A stretch of 64,000 nucleotides of DNA from Geosiphon pyriformis uo1 (taxonomy: Eukaryota; Fungi; Glomeromycota). Positions 12,992 through 26,300 of the stretch are shown here, in pieces. Below the pieces are notes generated by a model. That model was given only the letters and a program-made list of their open reading frames with translations, searched no databases and had not been told where the DNA came from. The translations under genes and the position numbers were made by a program. The stretch's first letter is position 1, and each line of letters opens with the position of its first letter. The stretch covers positions 372,001 through 436,000 of the forward strand of contig JAAOMT010000741.1 in assembly GCA_016748015.1 (NCBI GenBank). The letters run 5' to 3'.

Positions 12992-15900
12992 TTTTTTTAT
13001 TATTATATTTTTACGAGTGAAATCCAAATACTACCTAGTACAATACATCAAATAACTGATCTAAACTAAACATGAATCATGCATTTTCTATATGCAACCA
13101 GTCACTTGAACTAATCAAGACTATCTTAAGTACTTATATGTACTGAGACCAAGTCTTCAACACTTGAGAAAAACAAACATGACCTACAAAGGCCAAAACC
13201 AATACTAATAGTCTTAGCAATATCCAGCAATTTAACTACACCTATAAAAAACATCGCAAACAGCCCAAGAACTGAAACCAAAGCTAAACCATCACATGGT
13301 ATCATTTCACTCTTCTTCATGTAGGCATGATGCTTAGCATAGACCAACCAAACTTTATCCTTAAAGGCAAGACATAAGTTATGCATAAATTTCACAACCT
13401 TCTGACCAGCTATCTTAAAACATTTGAAGACAAATGTAGCTTTTTAAAGCCACTCTTTAAAAACAAAGCCTTTGCAAAAAGCTGTGTGAACTATAACATT
13501 TGTAATACAGGAGGACAGTAACTGTGAAATATTTGAAAAGAAGATGGAAAGACCAAAGAGCACACTCCAAGTAGCAGCATGAACATTCAACAAGTGACAA
13601 CAAACAGAATTATTGACCATACAAGAAAAAATATGATCAGAAATCTCTATTTTACCACAATACAAACACAGTACACTGGGGTAACATTTGTCATATAGGC
13701 ACTTCTAAACAGCAACTGGCAGCTGATAGTGTAAAGCTTTCATGAAATATGTACAAGCACCAGCCATAGATTTACTAGTAAAGCCAGCAGCCATATGCAA
13801 ATCTGGATGCCACACCAATAATGAGCTAAGCCAATCAATGTCTAAGCACAAACTATTATCCAAAACCCTAGAACCTAAACTGACCTTCTAGCGTGCACAA
13901 TGAATAGACTGAAAGACTCCACAAACAAAATGTTTAGAATTATTAAAGATAATATTATCTTCAGCTAAAATACAACACTTCTTTATGTGAGAAAAAAGAC
14001 ATTAGGATAAAAAAAAAGCTGTGTTAACAAGCATATTAACATGTTTATTACTCATGACACCTGAGTGATCTTTTACCTTGTGCCAGCTAACATTCAAATT
14101 CTTTTTCCTAATAATATTCACAATATACTAATGCTTGACCCAACAGCAATTCTGAAAATCCAGATAAAACTAGACCTAATTCCGATTTGCATGCATCCAA
14201 GACAGCCTGACTGTTCATAAAAATGCTAACTGAACTAAGAAAAAGAACACACTCAAAAGCCAACATGATGGCCTACAATTCAGCCAAAATAGAAAACATC
14301 AAACCAGAAACTCTGATTCCTAAATCCAAGCTTATATCCTCAAAAAAAACCACAGTACCAGCTCTCATGTTAACACTTCCCAAGCTTTTCAGAGATCCAT
14401 CTGTATAAACAAAAAGGCTGTTAGTTTTAAGACCCAGCAACCAATTGTAAATCAATCCAAACTTATTAGATTCCAAAATGTCTAAAGATTCAATAATACC
14501 TACTGAAGAAAAACAGGCAGGGAAAGAAGCTATACCATCGAGAAAGTCAACAGAAAGCTTAAACCAAATAGGAATAAAGCTATGTGGGTCTAGCCTTTTC
14601 CAATACTTGAAAGTTCTCTAATTAAAAACAGCTTCATTTTTACCGCAAAGCTGTTTAACAAAAGCAATACTATATTACCAAAGAGATGAAAAAAACTTAA
14701 AATAATTAGTCTTGCCAAGAACAGATAACATGGAAGTTCCACTATGAAAATGGAAAAAGTTGTTCACATGACCACCCAGAAACAGACTGCACCCATGAAA
14801 AATATGAACCACATCTGCCAAAAAATTATTAGAAGCACTGACTTTGATATAAGCTGGGGAAACCAAAAGGTGTAGTGGACTCCAAAACAGAATCTGCAAA
14901 TCATAAGACCTGTGCAAAAACAACTAACCTAAAATCCCAACAAAGTTTGCAAAACACACAATGAAAACAACTTTGCTTTTAGCCTGAACTTGCTCAAAAG
15001 TTTTTAAACCATACAATAAAGAATAACAAAACACATTATTGGGAAAATTGAAAGGCAGACTGGACTTCAGCTTTAAGCTCTTGCAAATTAAAGAATCTTA
15101 CTTATTATACACACTAATAGGAACAAAACTGAACTGTGTCCTGTAGTTAACAATAGGGTGAAAAACTGCTGACACCAGATACAAAAACTGTTTATTAGAA
15201 ATGGTCTTTCTCAGGACCAGATTGGTAAAAAATCTGACATTAGAATTAGCCTTAGCCAGACTAAGCTTTGACAAACTCTCAGTCAACAAAAAAATCCCTA
15301 GGTAGTAATGAGACTCTTCTTTCTTGGCAATGGATATAGATGAATTACTAATAGACAAATAAAGACATGCAACTCTGCAATTGATAAGAATTGTTACTGT
15401 TTTGTCATTATTAATAGAAATGTTATTGATCCAAAAAATTCACTAACAATATTGAGAATGTGTTGGGTTGCAGCTTGGCTGCTACCAATCTAGATTGTGT
15501 TATTAATAAAAGCACCAGCAATGAAAAAAGACATCAATTCAGCTTGAGATTCCAAACAACCAGTTCTGACAACATAATAAGAATTCAGCCTATATTCACA
15601 TATGCTTTCCTGTCTCTTGACTTTACACAAAAAAAAATCATAAAATATGCACCAAAAAAGTAGTGAGAACACTTCTTCCTGATCCAAACCATTGTGCACT
15701 TGATATCCACTTATCAAACCAAAATCTGTCATTATCTTATTAACACAGCCATTGTGAATATTGCCAAAAAATCTAATGAACTTGTTACACATTTTTATTC
15801 TGACCAAATTGTTCCTAAAATGTTCTCACTTAACAGAATCATAAGCTTTTTGCATGTCTTGTAAGACCAGCCAGAGTTTATGGTTCTTTTCCAAAACATC

Positions 15901-18900
15901 CTCAATAACCAAACCAACAGCAAAAACAGGAGATTGCATTGTCATATCCTTTAGAACTGAGAAATTGTCTTCATGTAAAACATCAAAAATGCTGTATGCT
16001 GAAGAAATCTTGTTCGAGAGAATCTTGGAAAGGATTTTGTGAGTGGTTTCAATCAAAGTGATAGATCAGGTGTTCATAAAAACTCTCTCCCACTCATATG
16101 GTTTTGGAATTATCGAGATCCAGGCTTTTTTTTAAGCACCAGACACTGACTCATGAGACAAACAAAAGTTCAAAAGCACCAAAAGCATATCCAAGACCAA
16201 TCTGTTGTAATGCTTCTATAACTTATTTGACACTCCAAAAAGATCAGCAGCTTTGCTATCAAGCAGATTAAAAACCACACTGAGTAACTCATTGAGACCA
16301 ACTGAACACATCACATCTGAAAAAACATCATTAAAAATGTACTTCAAAGGCCAATATTGATGAGACCAATCATTAGAAAAGTCTTTTACCATATTACACT
16401 TTTTAATTCAACCCTCCATAATAACATTTACCTTGGTCTTAACTAGATCAGATTCCAGAATCAGTTTATTCTCAACTATCAGATAGTCCAAAACCACCTT
16501 TTAAAAAGAATGCTCTAGCACATTTCTGATCATGTGACTTTTATTAATTGCAAAATTTTTTATATATCTCTTAATAGCTAACTTTATATTTGACTCCTCA
16601 GCTCACAAAGACTCAGCAAGCTTGGAGACATAATATGACTTTTGCACACTGAAAAGAGCCAAGCACACACAATTAAAACCCACATCAGAGTTCACAATAT
16701 CCTGTACAATCGAAGTCCTAATATTGTTCAAAGAATTTCAGTGTTCCATAAGAAAAACAAACCTATTAAAATCTCTCTTATGAGAAACCTTAACAATTTT
16801 TGATACCAAAAGCTCCAGCTTATAAAACTTAGAAAATTTCTTGGTAAAAATACCAATGTAATTCTTAAACCAATCTTTCTTGAATATTTCATTAGCTGAT
16901 AGCATTATAATCTTGTGAACCACATCTCATATCACATCCAAATCTGAAAATTGCATGAAAGTGAAAAAATTATCAGAAAACATGGTGGTATTGGCTGCCG
17001 TAGCATCTTTAAATTTGTCCTACTTTGCATCATCAGCACTCTTAAAATCAAACTTCCAGCAATTCTTATTTGTCTGCCTGCAAAAAAAGTTTAACTGAGT
17101 GTCTAGCAAACTGTTCAGACCTACTGACACACTAATGTCTATGACATTATGATCCACTATTGCACTGACTAAATTTGACGAAACCAATACATAATTAATT
17201 GTTTTTTCCACACTCTTTAAATTCCTCTATGTAAGACTTTTCATGGCTGAACTACCCACCATAGAATTTATTAGCCCCAAACTGATACACTTCTTAAAAC
17301 TAGCACTTTTTCACAAACCATTTTTATTAAAGTCACTACCAAAGATGATGAAAGAAGATTTGTTAACAGCTTTCGCGATAAGAGAGTTGATTTCTTCAGC
17401 CTGTAAAAACCAAACTACAGACAAAGCACCAGTGTACAGCCCCAAAACTAACACAAAAAGTTTATTTTTAAAAAGCAATCTAATAGATAGGAGCCAACCA
17501 GGCATCTCAGAAACTTTGTACACATGTTTTACCAAAAAAAAGTCTATAACAATCACAATACCAGCACCCAAATATCCAGAATCCAAATCAGAAGTAAATA
17601 TACAGACACCTTTAAACTTGTCAGCAATTCACAAACAGACCTTATCTTTCAATTTAATCTCAGTAATAATTGAAATCAAGTTGCTCATATCCTTATGCCA
17701 ATGAACAACATCTTTCTGCTTGGCAGAAACATTGATGCCCCAAACATTGTACATAGCTATTTTTCAGATCAAACCACTCATTGAGATGAAGAGAATAACA
17801 AAGGACCCAAACCAGCACACAAATGATCTAACTTAGCCAAAACTGAACCAATAGAAGTCTCAAGAGCCACCAACTTAGATTTCAAACTGCCAATCTTGGT
17901 CATTAAGACTTTTGAACTACTTAAACTCAAAGTTGAAACATTAGGGAAAGCAGAAGAAAGGAGTGAAAGTACCAACTAAAAAATGTCCACAATCATATCT
18001 AAAGCCAAATTCTCTTTGGCTGCAATCAAGACAGTCAAGACTTTAAAGGAGAGAGATAAAGCTTGCAGTACCAATTCTATGTTGTTGAGCTTGCACACAA
18101 TACCAAAAACTTGGTTAATTAATAGCTCTAAGAATCGTTCCAAAAAGGCCAAACAAGCATCCAAAGATGAGTTGTCAGTTAAAACAAGAGGGAAATCATT
18201 ATTCAAATCCAAGGCACCAGAAAAAAGGGAACCAAAACCAGAAGCAAAGTGAAAACCATCAGAAAAACCAACAAGTAAAACCACTTGGGCCCAAGATTTA
18301 CCACCAAAAGCAGCAGAGCAAGATATTAGAACATTCTTCTTTTCATACAACTTTGTCAACTGAAGATGACATTCATCAGACACAATCTTTTTAAATGTTT
18401 TTGAAGGCTTAGAAGTGGATGTGACTGGTGCATCACATTCCAAAGCAGAATAACCAAAACTCTTACATTTCTTATACCAAACCAGATCTATTTTTGCCTA
18501 AGAAAGCTTAACATCACCAAGAATCAGCTCTGTGTAAAAGACAGATTCCAGATCATTATTAGAGTTAAAACCAATCACAACACAGCAAATCCTATTACCA
18601 GTTTCCATAAATCTGTTTATAATGCAAGTTTTCCTACCAGTTCCTTCCAAAAGAGTCTTAAGATTATGTGCTGTTATATCCACTGGCAAAGTAAACAAAA
18701 GTGCCCTAAACTGATTTCTAGATACCTAAGTCTCATGATTTTCCACAGTTTTAGTTATGCACACAGAATTTTTCTCAATCAAAAATAACCATTTTGAGAC
18801 CAACAGATTAGCTTAATCCAATTTAGCAAACTCCACTACAGTCTTTTGCCACATTCCAACTAATTAAATTTTAATCGACTTAATTTCCCCAAATTTGGAT

Positions 18901-19781
18901 ACTATGGTGATGATCATGTCTTTAGGTGTATTCATGAAAATTTTCTTGATTACTATAGCCCGATCTGATTTTATTCTTTGTCTCTTAAGATTACTGTTTA
19001 TGTTGATCTTTTTTTCTTTGGCCAATAATGTGGCCATTTCCATGCTTTTCTCTAAAGTAAAAGTAGATCTGATAATTTCCTCAAATTTTGAAAGGGTAGT
19101 GGCCCCCCCCAAAACCATTAACTAATGAAAAAATCTTTCTAATTAACTGAGTTTTTGCTGTTGTGGATTTTTTTTTTATAGCTGAAAGATTAATATCCAA
19201 AGCAAACAACTTCCTAACTAACACTTCCATAGGAGTTTTGATAATTTTTGGGTTAATTCATTTCTTGTTAAGAGAGATAGGCAAGTGAAAAGGAAGAACA
19301 ACTTTATTGTTATCCATATGAAAATTGGGAAAACCAAGCAAAAAACCAAAAACAGCACTAGTGTTGATTCACTTTGCCATAAGTATAATAGCAGCTAAGC
19401 CCAAAAGAGATCCACTATTTACACTAGACATGCTAATATCTTTATTATCATTAGATAGACTTTCTACATCAAAATATATATTATTACCAGATCCAAATTT
19501 ACTTAAGGATATATCTCTTTTATTACCAGAGTGTTTAATATTACCAAGGACAACTTTTTTCTTTGAAAAAAAAAACTACCAGCAGGACCATAAAAAGCAT
19601 TCTTAGGTGTCTTCTTCTTAGACATAATACTACTGGTAATAGTCTTTATATTCATGAAAAATAGATTATTATTAGGTAAAAAAATATTGATATAAACTAA
19701 AAAAACAAAAAAAACTATTTTTTACAGAAAATGCACTTTTTGAGAATTTGTGGAGGTAAAAAAAAAAGAAGTTTTTTTTTT
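12992..19781 (-). mobile_element. LINE A: degenerate near-full-length non-LTR retrotransposon (ORF1 ~19650-17778; ORF2 17781-13126 with APE, RT, RNase H, Zn finger)
   Basis: Fragments include GSDFN (APE), WLVLQDMQKAYDSV and NGLDQEEVFSLL (RT), and VYTDGSLK..AEL (RNase H). 3' UTR ends in an A-rich tail near 12992. Homologous to LINE B. Confidence 0.9.
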
Positions 19782-19789
19782 ATTTTCTC

Positions 19790-21365
19790 TTTAAGAGATT
19801 TTCTGGTAATTAAATTATATTTTTTTTCTGTTTTTCTTTTTATTACTGCTTAAATAGCCAAAAAAGTCAAAATAATTAAAAAACAATTTTTTTAAAGTGT
19901 TAAAAAATTTTTTTTCTGGTTTTTTTAGTGTTTTAAAGTTTGTTTTTTTTTGGTAAAAAATAAAACTTTGGTTTTTTTGCTCTTTTTGGTTTTTTTTGGT
20001 AATTTTATATTGTTAGTAATAATTATAATATTTAATTTTATTATAACTATAAATAAAAAAAAATTTTGTTTTAAATAATAACAATATAAATATATTGGCT
20101 ATTTTTAATATAGATTAATTTTTGATTGTATTTTTTAATATATTAATTTTTAACCAATTTTTATTAATTTTAAAAATAAGACAAGACATATATTTAAATA
20201 TATTTTTAAATAATTAATTTATTAGATTACTTGATTTTAATAATTAAGCTAACCAAATAGAAACTAAATTAATTGTTTTTTTTGTTTTTTAATATTATCT
20301 TTAATAATATTTAAAAAACCATTATAAATATTAAAAACTTACTAAATAAATAATTATTACTTTAGTGTTTAGTGTTTTTTTTAATATTAAATTGGCTTTT
20401 ATTAAGTTTGTATTTTAGTATTAAATTTGTGTTTAAAAACAATATAAAGTTTTTTTGTATAAAATTTGGTTTTTAAATTTTTTTGAATATTGTATTTTAA
20501 ATTAAACTTGTTAATATTATTTTTTTTTTATTTTTAAAATTAATAAATCTATAATAATATCTGATTTTTTTTATATACTATTATTGCTTTATATAATATA
20601 TTTTTAAGTATATTTATAATTAATATTAAAATAGTTTTTAATATTCATAGTAAAGTTTCTAAATTTATTTTAAATTTTGCTAATATTTAGCAATATGCTG
20701 TTGTTTATTTTAGGTTTTTTAATATAATTATAACTGTTTTAACATATTAATTAGTTTTAATAAACAAAACAATATTAAAAAAAATTTTTTTTTTATATGT
20801 TTAAAATCAAATTAATTAACTTTTTTTTGGCTATTTAATTTTTGAAATTAATAAACTGGTTTTTTAAATTGGTAATTATGCTTATTTTATTTCTTATTTT
20901 TTAATTTTGTTTGACAATTCTAATATGCAATTATTATTTTTGAGTGTAAAATTAATTTAGATATTGCTATTATTAAAATTGGTATTTTAAAAAAATATTA
21001 AATCTAATAAAAAATTTCTAAATATTAATAGTATTTTAAATATTAGTCATTTAACTTTAAACTATAAGTATTATTATTTTTTTCTTTTAAGTTTTTTTCA
21101 AGTCTTTTGGTAATTTTAAGTTTTTTAGTAATTTCAAGTTTTTTTTTTGTTAAAACAAAATTCTATATCAATTTTTCTGTTTTTTGGTTTTTTTTATTAT
21201 TGTATTTTTAATTATTTCTGTTATTAATCTTGTAATTAATCTAAATTAGATTTTTTGAAATTTTAAATCTTAAAACTGGTTATGTAAATAATTTTGTTAA
21301 TAGATATTTTAAATAAAAATACTTATACTTAATTATTAATTTTTTGTAAATATTAACATATTAAT
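19790..21365. other. Extremely AT-rich relic spacer between the divergent LINEs
   Basis: Very high AT, no CpG, no ORF. Confidence 0.55.
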
Positions 21366-21494
21366 ATTAAAAAACTTCTTTTTTTCTTATCTCCAAAAAA
21401 CCTTAAAAAGTGCACTTTCTGTAAAAAGAAGTTTTTTTGTTTTTTAGTCTATATCAATATTTTTTTATCTAATAATAACCCATTTTTCGTAAAT

Positions 21495-23359
21495 ATGAAG
21501 GCTACTGCTAGTAGCATCACATCTAAGAAGAAGACTCTTAAGGGCACTTTTCACAGTCTTGCTGATGGCTTCTTTTCTCAGAAGAAGAAAGTTGTTCTTG
21601 GCAATGTCAAACATTTTAGTAACAAAAGAGATATATTTTTGAGCAAATCTGAATCTGGTAATAGTATTTATTCTGATGTGAAGAGTCTATCTAGTGAAGA
21701 TGAGAATGTTAGCATGTTTGGAGTAAATGGTGGGTCTCTTTTGGGCTCAGCTGCTACTACACCCAATGCAAAGTGAGTCAACACTGGTGCTGGTTTTGGT
21801 TTTCCACTTGGCTCTCCCAACTTTCATATAGATGATGATGAAATTGTGCTCCTTTTTTGCTTGCCTATCTCTCTTGAAAAAAAGTGAATTGACCCAAAAA
21901 TTATCAGGACTCCTATGGAAGTGTCAATTAAAAAGTCATTCGCTTTGAATATTAATCTCTTAACTATAAAAGGTAAATCAACAATGGCAAAGACTCAGTT
22001 AATTAAGAAAATTTTTTCAACAGTCAATGATTTTGGGGGGGGTCATTACCTTCTCAAGGAATCATCTGATCTACCTTCACTTCTGAAAAAAGCATGGAAA
22101 TGACTGTCTTATTGGCCAGAGAAAAGAGTATTGACATAAACAGCAATCTTAAAAAACAAAAAATAAGGTCAGATTGGGCTGTAATAATCAAGAAAATTCC
22201 CATAAATATGCCTAAAGACATGATCATCGCTGCAGTATCCGAATTTGGAAAAATCAAGTTGATCAAAATTCAGTTAATTGGGATGTGACAAAAGGCTGTG
22301 GTGGAGTTTATTGAGTTAGACCATGCTGATTTGTTGGCCTCTAAGTGGTCATTCTTGATTGGTAAGAATTCTGTGCATGTAGCCAAAGCAGTAGAAGATC
22401 ATAAAACTTGGGCATTTAAGGATCAGTTCAAAGTGCTTTTGTTTATTTTGCCAGTAGGAACAACAGCACATAATCTTGGAACTCTTCTGAAGAGGGCTGG
22501 TGGGAAAACTTGTGTCATAAACAGATCTGTGGAAACTGGTAATAGGATTTGCTGTGCTGTGGTTGGTTTTGAGTCTAATAATGATTTGGAATCTGTCTTT
22601 CACACAAAGCTAATTCTTGGTGGTGTTAAACTTTCTTGGGTGAGAATGAATTTGGTTTGGTGTGAGAAATATGAGAAGTTTGGCCATTCTGTTTTGGAAT
22701 GAAATGTACCAGTTGCATCTATTTCTAGGTCTTCAAAAACATTTAAGAAGGTTGTATCTGATAAATATTATCTTTAGTTGGCAAAGTTGTATGAAAAAAA
22801 AAGTGTTCTAATATTTTGCCCTATTGCCTTTGGTGGCAAATCCTGGGCTCAGGTGGTCTCACTTACTAGTTCCTCTGATGGTTTTTGCTTTGCTTTTGGT
22901 TCTGGTTCCTCTTTTTCTGGCACCTCAGATTTGAATGGTGGTCTTCCTCTTGTTTTAGTTGATAATTCATCTTTAAATGCTTGTTTGGCCTCTTTGGAAC
23001 AATTCTTAGAGTTATTAACTGACCAAGTTTCTGGCATTGTGCACAAGCTCAGCAAAATGGAATTGGTGCCACAAGCTCCATTTTCCTCCTCTAAAGTTTC
23101 AGCTACCTTGGTTGCTACTGAAGAAGATTTGGCTTTGAATATGGTTGTAGATGGTCTGGAGTTGGTGCTCCCACTCCCTTCTTCTGTCTCCTTTAATGTT
23201 TTAGCCTTGGGTCAGAGTAGTTCAAAGGTCTTGACAACCAAGATTGGTAGTTTGGAATCCAAGTTGGTGGCTCTTAAGTCTTCTGTAGGTTCAGTTTTGG
23301 CAAAGTTTGATCATTTGTTTATGGGTTTGGGTTTTTTATTATCCTCTTCGTCCCAATGA
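21495..23359 (+). pseudogene. LINE B ORF1 (RRM-like plus CCHC zinc knuckle), disrupted
   Basis: AVIIKKIPINMPKDMIIAAVSEFGKI (RRM-like), decayed knuckle WCEKYEKFGHSVLE, C-terminal leucine heptads. Contains stops and a frameshift. Confidence 0.8.
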
Positions 23360-26300
23360 GTGGTTTGATATGGAAGATAGCTACATGTAATATTCAGGGC
23401 ATCAATGTTTCTGCCAAGCAAAACAATATTGTTCATTGGCACAAAGAATTAGGTTATATGGTGTTTATAGTAATGAAGACAAAATTAAAGCCCAGCATTA
23501 GGCTGTAGATTATGAATAAGTTTGAGAATATGCACATTTTCACATCTGGTCTGAATAGTGAGTTTTTTGGAGCTGGTGTGGTGATAATCATAGACAATTC
23601 TTTGGCTCGATATGTTTCCAAGATAGAAGAAATTTCTGGTTGCATTGTTTCAGTGCATCTTCTTTTCAAGGACAGAGTTTTGGTTTCAATCATTGGCTTG
23701 TATGCTTGTGCCTTTTCAGGTGACCAATTTGAACAGGCATCCAATGTTAATTCTTTTATAGCTTAAGTAGTTAATTCCAGCAGCTTTGTTGTCTTGGGTG
23801 GTGATTTTAATGAATGCAGTTCTAAAAGAAATGTGAGTTATGGATTTTGTTTAAGTTTGGGCTTAGTTAATTCTTTTGGTGGACATCATTTGGCTGAAGT
23901 CTCTACATGGGGCAACTTGAGGAGTGTTAAAAAAGTTATTGATTATATCTTGATTAGTAAATCTTTAATTTTGGCTGTAGCCAGTTATAAGGTTGGCTCT
24001 GTGTCTGAATTTTTTGATACTAATTACAAAGCTGTCTCAGTCTTAGTGGGTTTGAATAAGCTTTTGAATGTTTGATTGAGGGTGTTACACAAACAAGCAA
24101 ATAAGGATTGTTGGAAATTCAAGCTAAAAGGCATGGATATCGATGGATGGAAACATTTTATGAAGTGCTCTATGGGCAAATTTTTGAAGAAGTCAGTTGA
24201 TTTTCATGTCGTGGAACACATTAGTGATTTAGACAACATGTGAAATATTCTTAGAGAGATGGTAGTTGATTTTGCTGATGAGATATTCTCCAGACTTTGG
24301 TTTAGTGAGTTTGAAAGTGCAAGGAACAAGTCGTCTTCTAAGTTTCACAGGTTGGAATTGCTGATGTCTAAAATTGCCAGTAGTTTAAATTCAGGTCTGA
24401 ATTCAGAGACTGACTCCTTAGTTGGTACATGATTAAGCATAGATGGCAATGAGGCATCCAAGATTCGCATTATGATTGATAAGAATAATAAGATTAAGGA
24501 TATTTTACATCATATTTCGGTTGTTAAAAGGAATTACTACAGATCCAAGTATCACAAATCCAAAGTTGCCAGAGATGACTCCATCAAGAAAACTGTGTCA
24601 AGACACATGAAAAATTTTTGCATAAATAAAGAGCAAATAATAAATAGCATTCTAGATCAACTCTTTAGGAAAGTGGTTCTTGATCATTTAATTGTTGACA
24701 ATAAGCTTATCTTAGAGCCTTAGGCAATCAAGTCTTCAATTAATACTATAATAAAAGATTGAACAAAAAAATGTTTGGTTGCTGGTGCTCTGTTAAATTG
24801 CTGAAATGTTTAATATGCTCCCTTAAGTTATGTTGATAATGATACATTTTCTGAGGTTATGAGTGATATTAGCATGGAAGAACTTTTGCAGGTCATCAGA
24901 AACTTGCCAGATGGCAAAGCTGCTGGGCTTTCTGGCATTCCCAATGAACTTTGGAAGCACAGTAGTTCTTTGGTCTTCAATGGTCTTTTGAGTATTTTCA
25001 ATAGGTGTTTGATATCTGGAAGAGTTTCTGAGCAATAGAGGAGATCCTGGGTTTCTATGATTCTTAAACTTTATAATTGAAAGGGCACTTTTATTAATAC
25101 TAGACCAATTGCACTAATTGAAACTGTTTGGAAGATTTTGTCTAAAATTTTTTCAGACAGGATCTCTTTGGCTTGCAACAAATTTAACATTTTGCATGGT
25201 AACAATTTTTTGGTATTGAAAGACATTTCTACACAATCTTCTATTTTTGCTGTTGGCTCAATTGTTGAAGATGCTCTGAAGAAAAACAGAGAGTTGTGGT
25301 TGGTTCTTCAGGATATGTGCAAGACTTATGATTCTGTTGGATGGTCTTATTTGCTCAATAGTTTGGTCAGGATTAAAATGTGTTTCCATTTTATAAGCTT
25401 TTTTGGTAGCATACACAATAGTAGATTCAATCAAGTTATGACGGATTTTGGTCTGTTTGATAGTTACATTGTGCATGATAGTTTGGATCAAGAGGAGATG
25501 TTTTTGCTACTGCTGTAGCATATTTTCTATAATCCATTGCTATGTAAAGTCAAGAAACATAAACAATCATATGGTTATCAAATGTGTTCAAGATTCTATG
25601 CCAAGTCTGGCAAACTTGACCCAAGTAATAACAGGACATTGTTTTTTGCTACAGAAACCTTTGTTGATGACACAATCTGAATTGGTAATTGCTTGATAAT
25701 AACACAAAATATCTTGAACATAGTAAGTAAATTCTTTTCTATTAATGACATTTCAATAAATACTGAGAAAACTGTTGCTATTCCTATCAACCAAAGTGTT
25801 AAGGAGACTGAACTGTTTATTAATAGGTTGAAAATTTCAGTGGCCAAAAGGGGCAAGTCTCATCACTATCTGGAGATCTTTCTGTCGACTGAGGGCCTTT
25901 TTAAGCTGAGTTTAGCCAAAGCTTACAATGATGTCAAGTTTTTTTTGAATGTGGTTTTAAGAAAGATCATTACTAAAAAGCAATTTTTATATTTGGTTTC
26001 TGCTGTTCTACAGCCTATCATTTGTTATAGACTTCAATTTAGCTTTGCTTCTAAGGGTGTTTGTGAAAAATAAGACAAATTGTTAAGGAAAAGGCTTAAG
26101 TTCAAACCAAATTTGCCTAGAGACTTTTTTAGTGTGGCACTGCATCATTCTGAGTTGTATGGTCTGAAGTCTTTTGAGCAAGTGCTCTTTGAAAGTTTGT
26201 TGGCCAATCTGATCAATTTTGATAATATTGGTGGAACTCTTAGCAGATTTTTTGACCACAAAATAATGGACTTGCAGGCTGTCAACTGGATGTCCCAACA

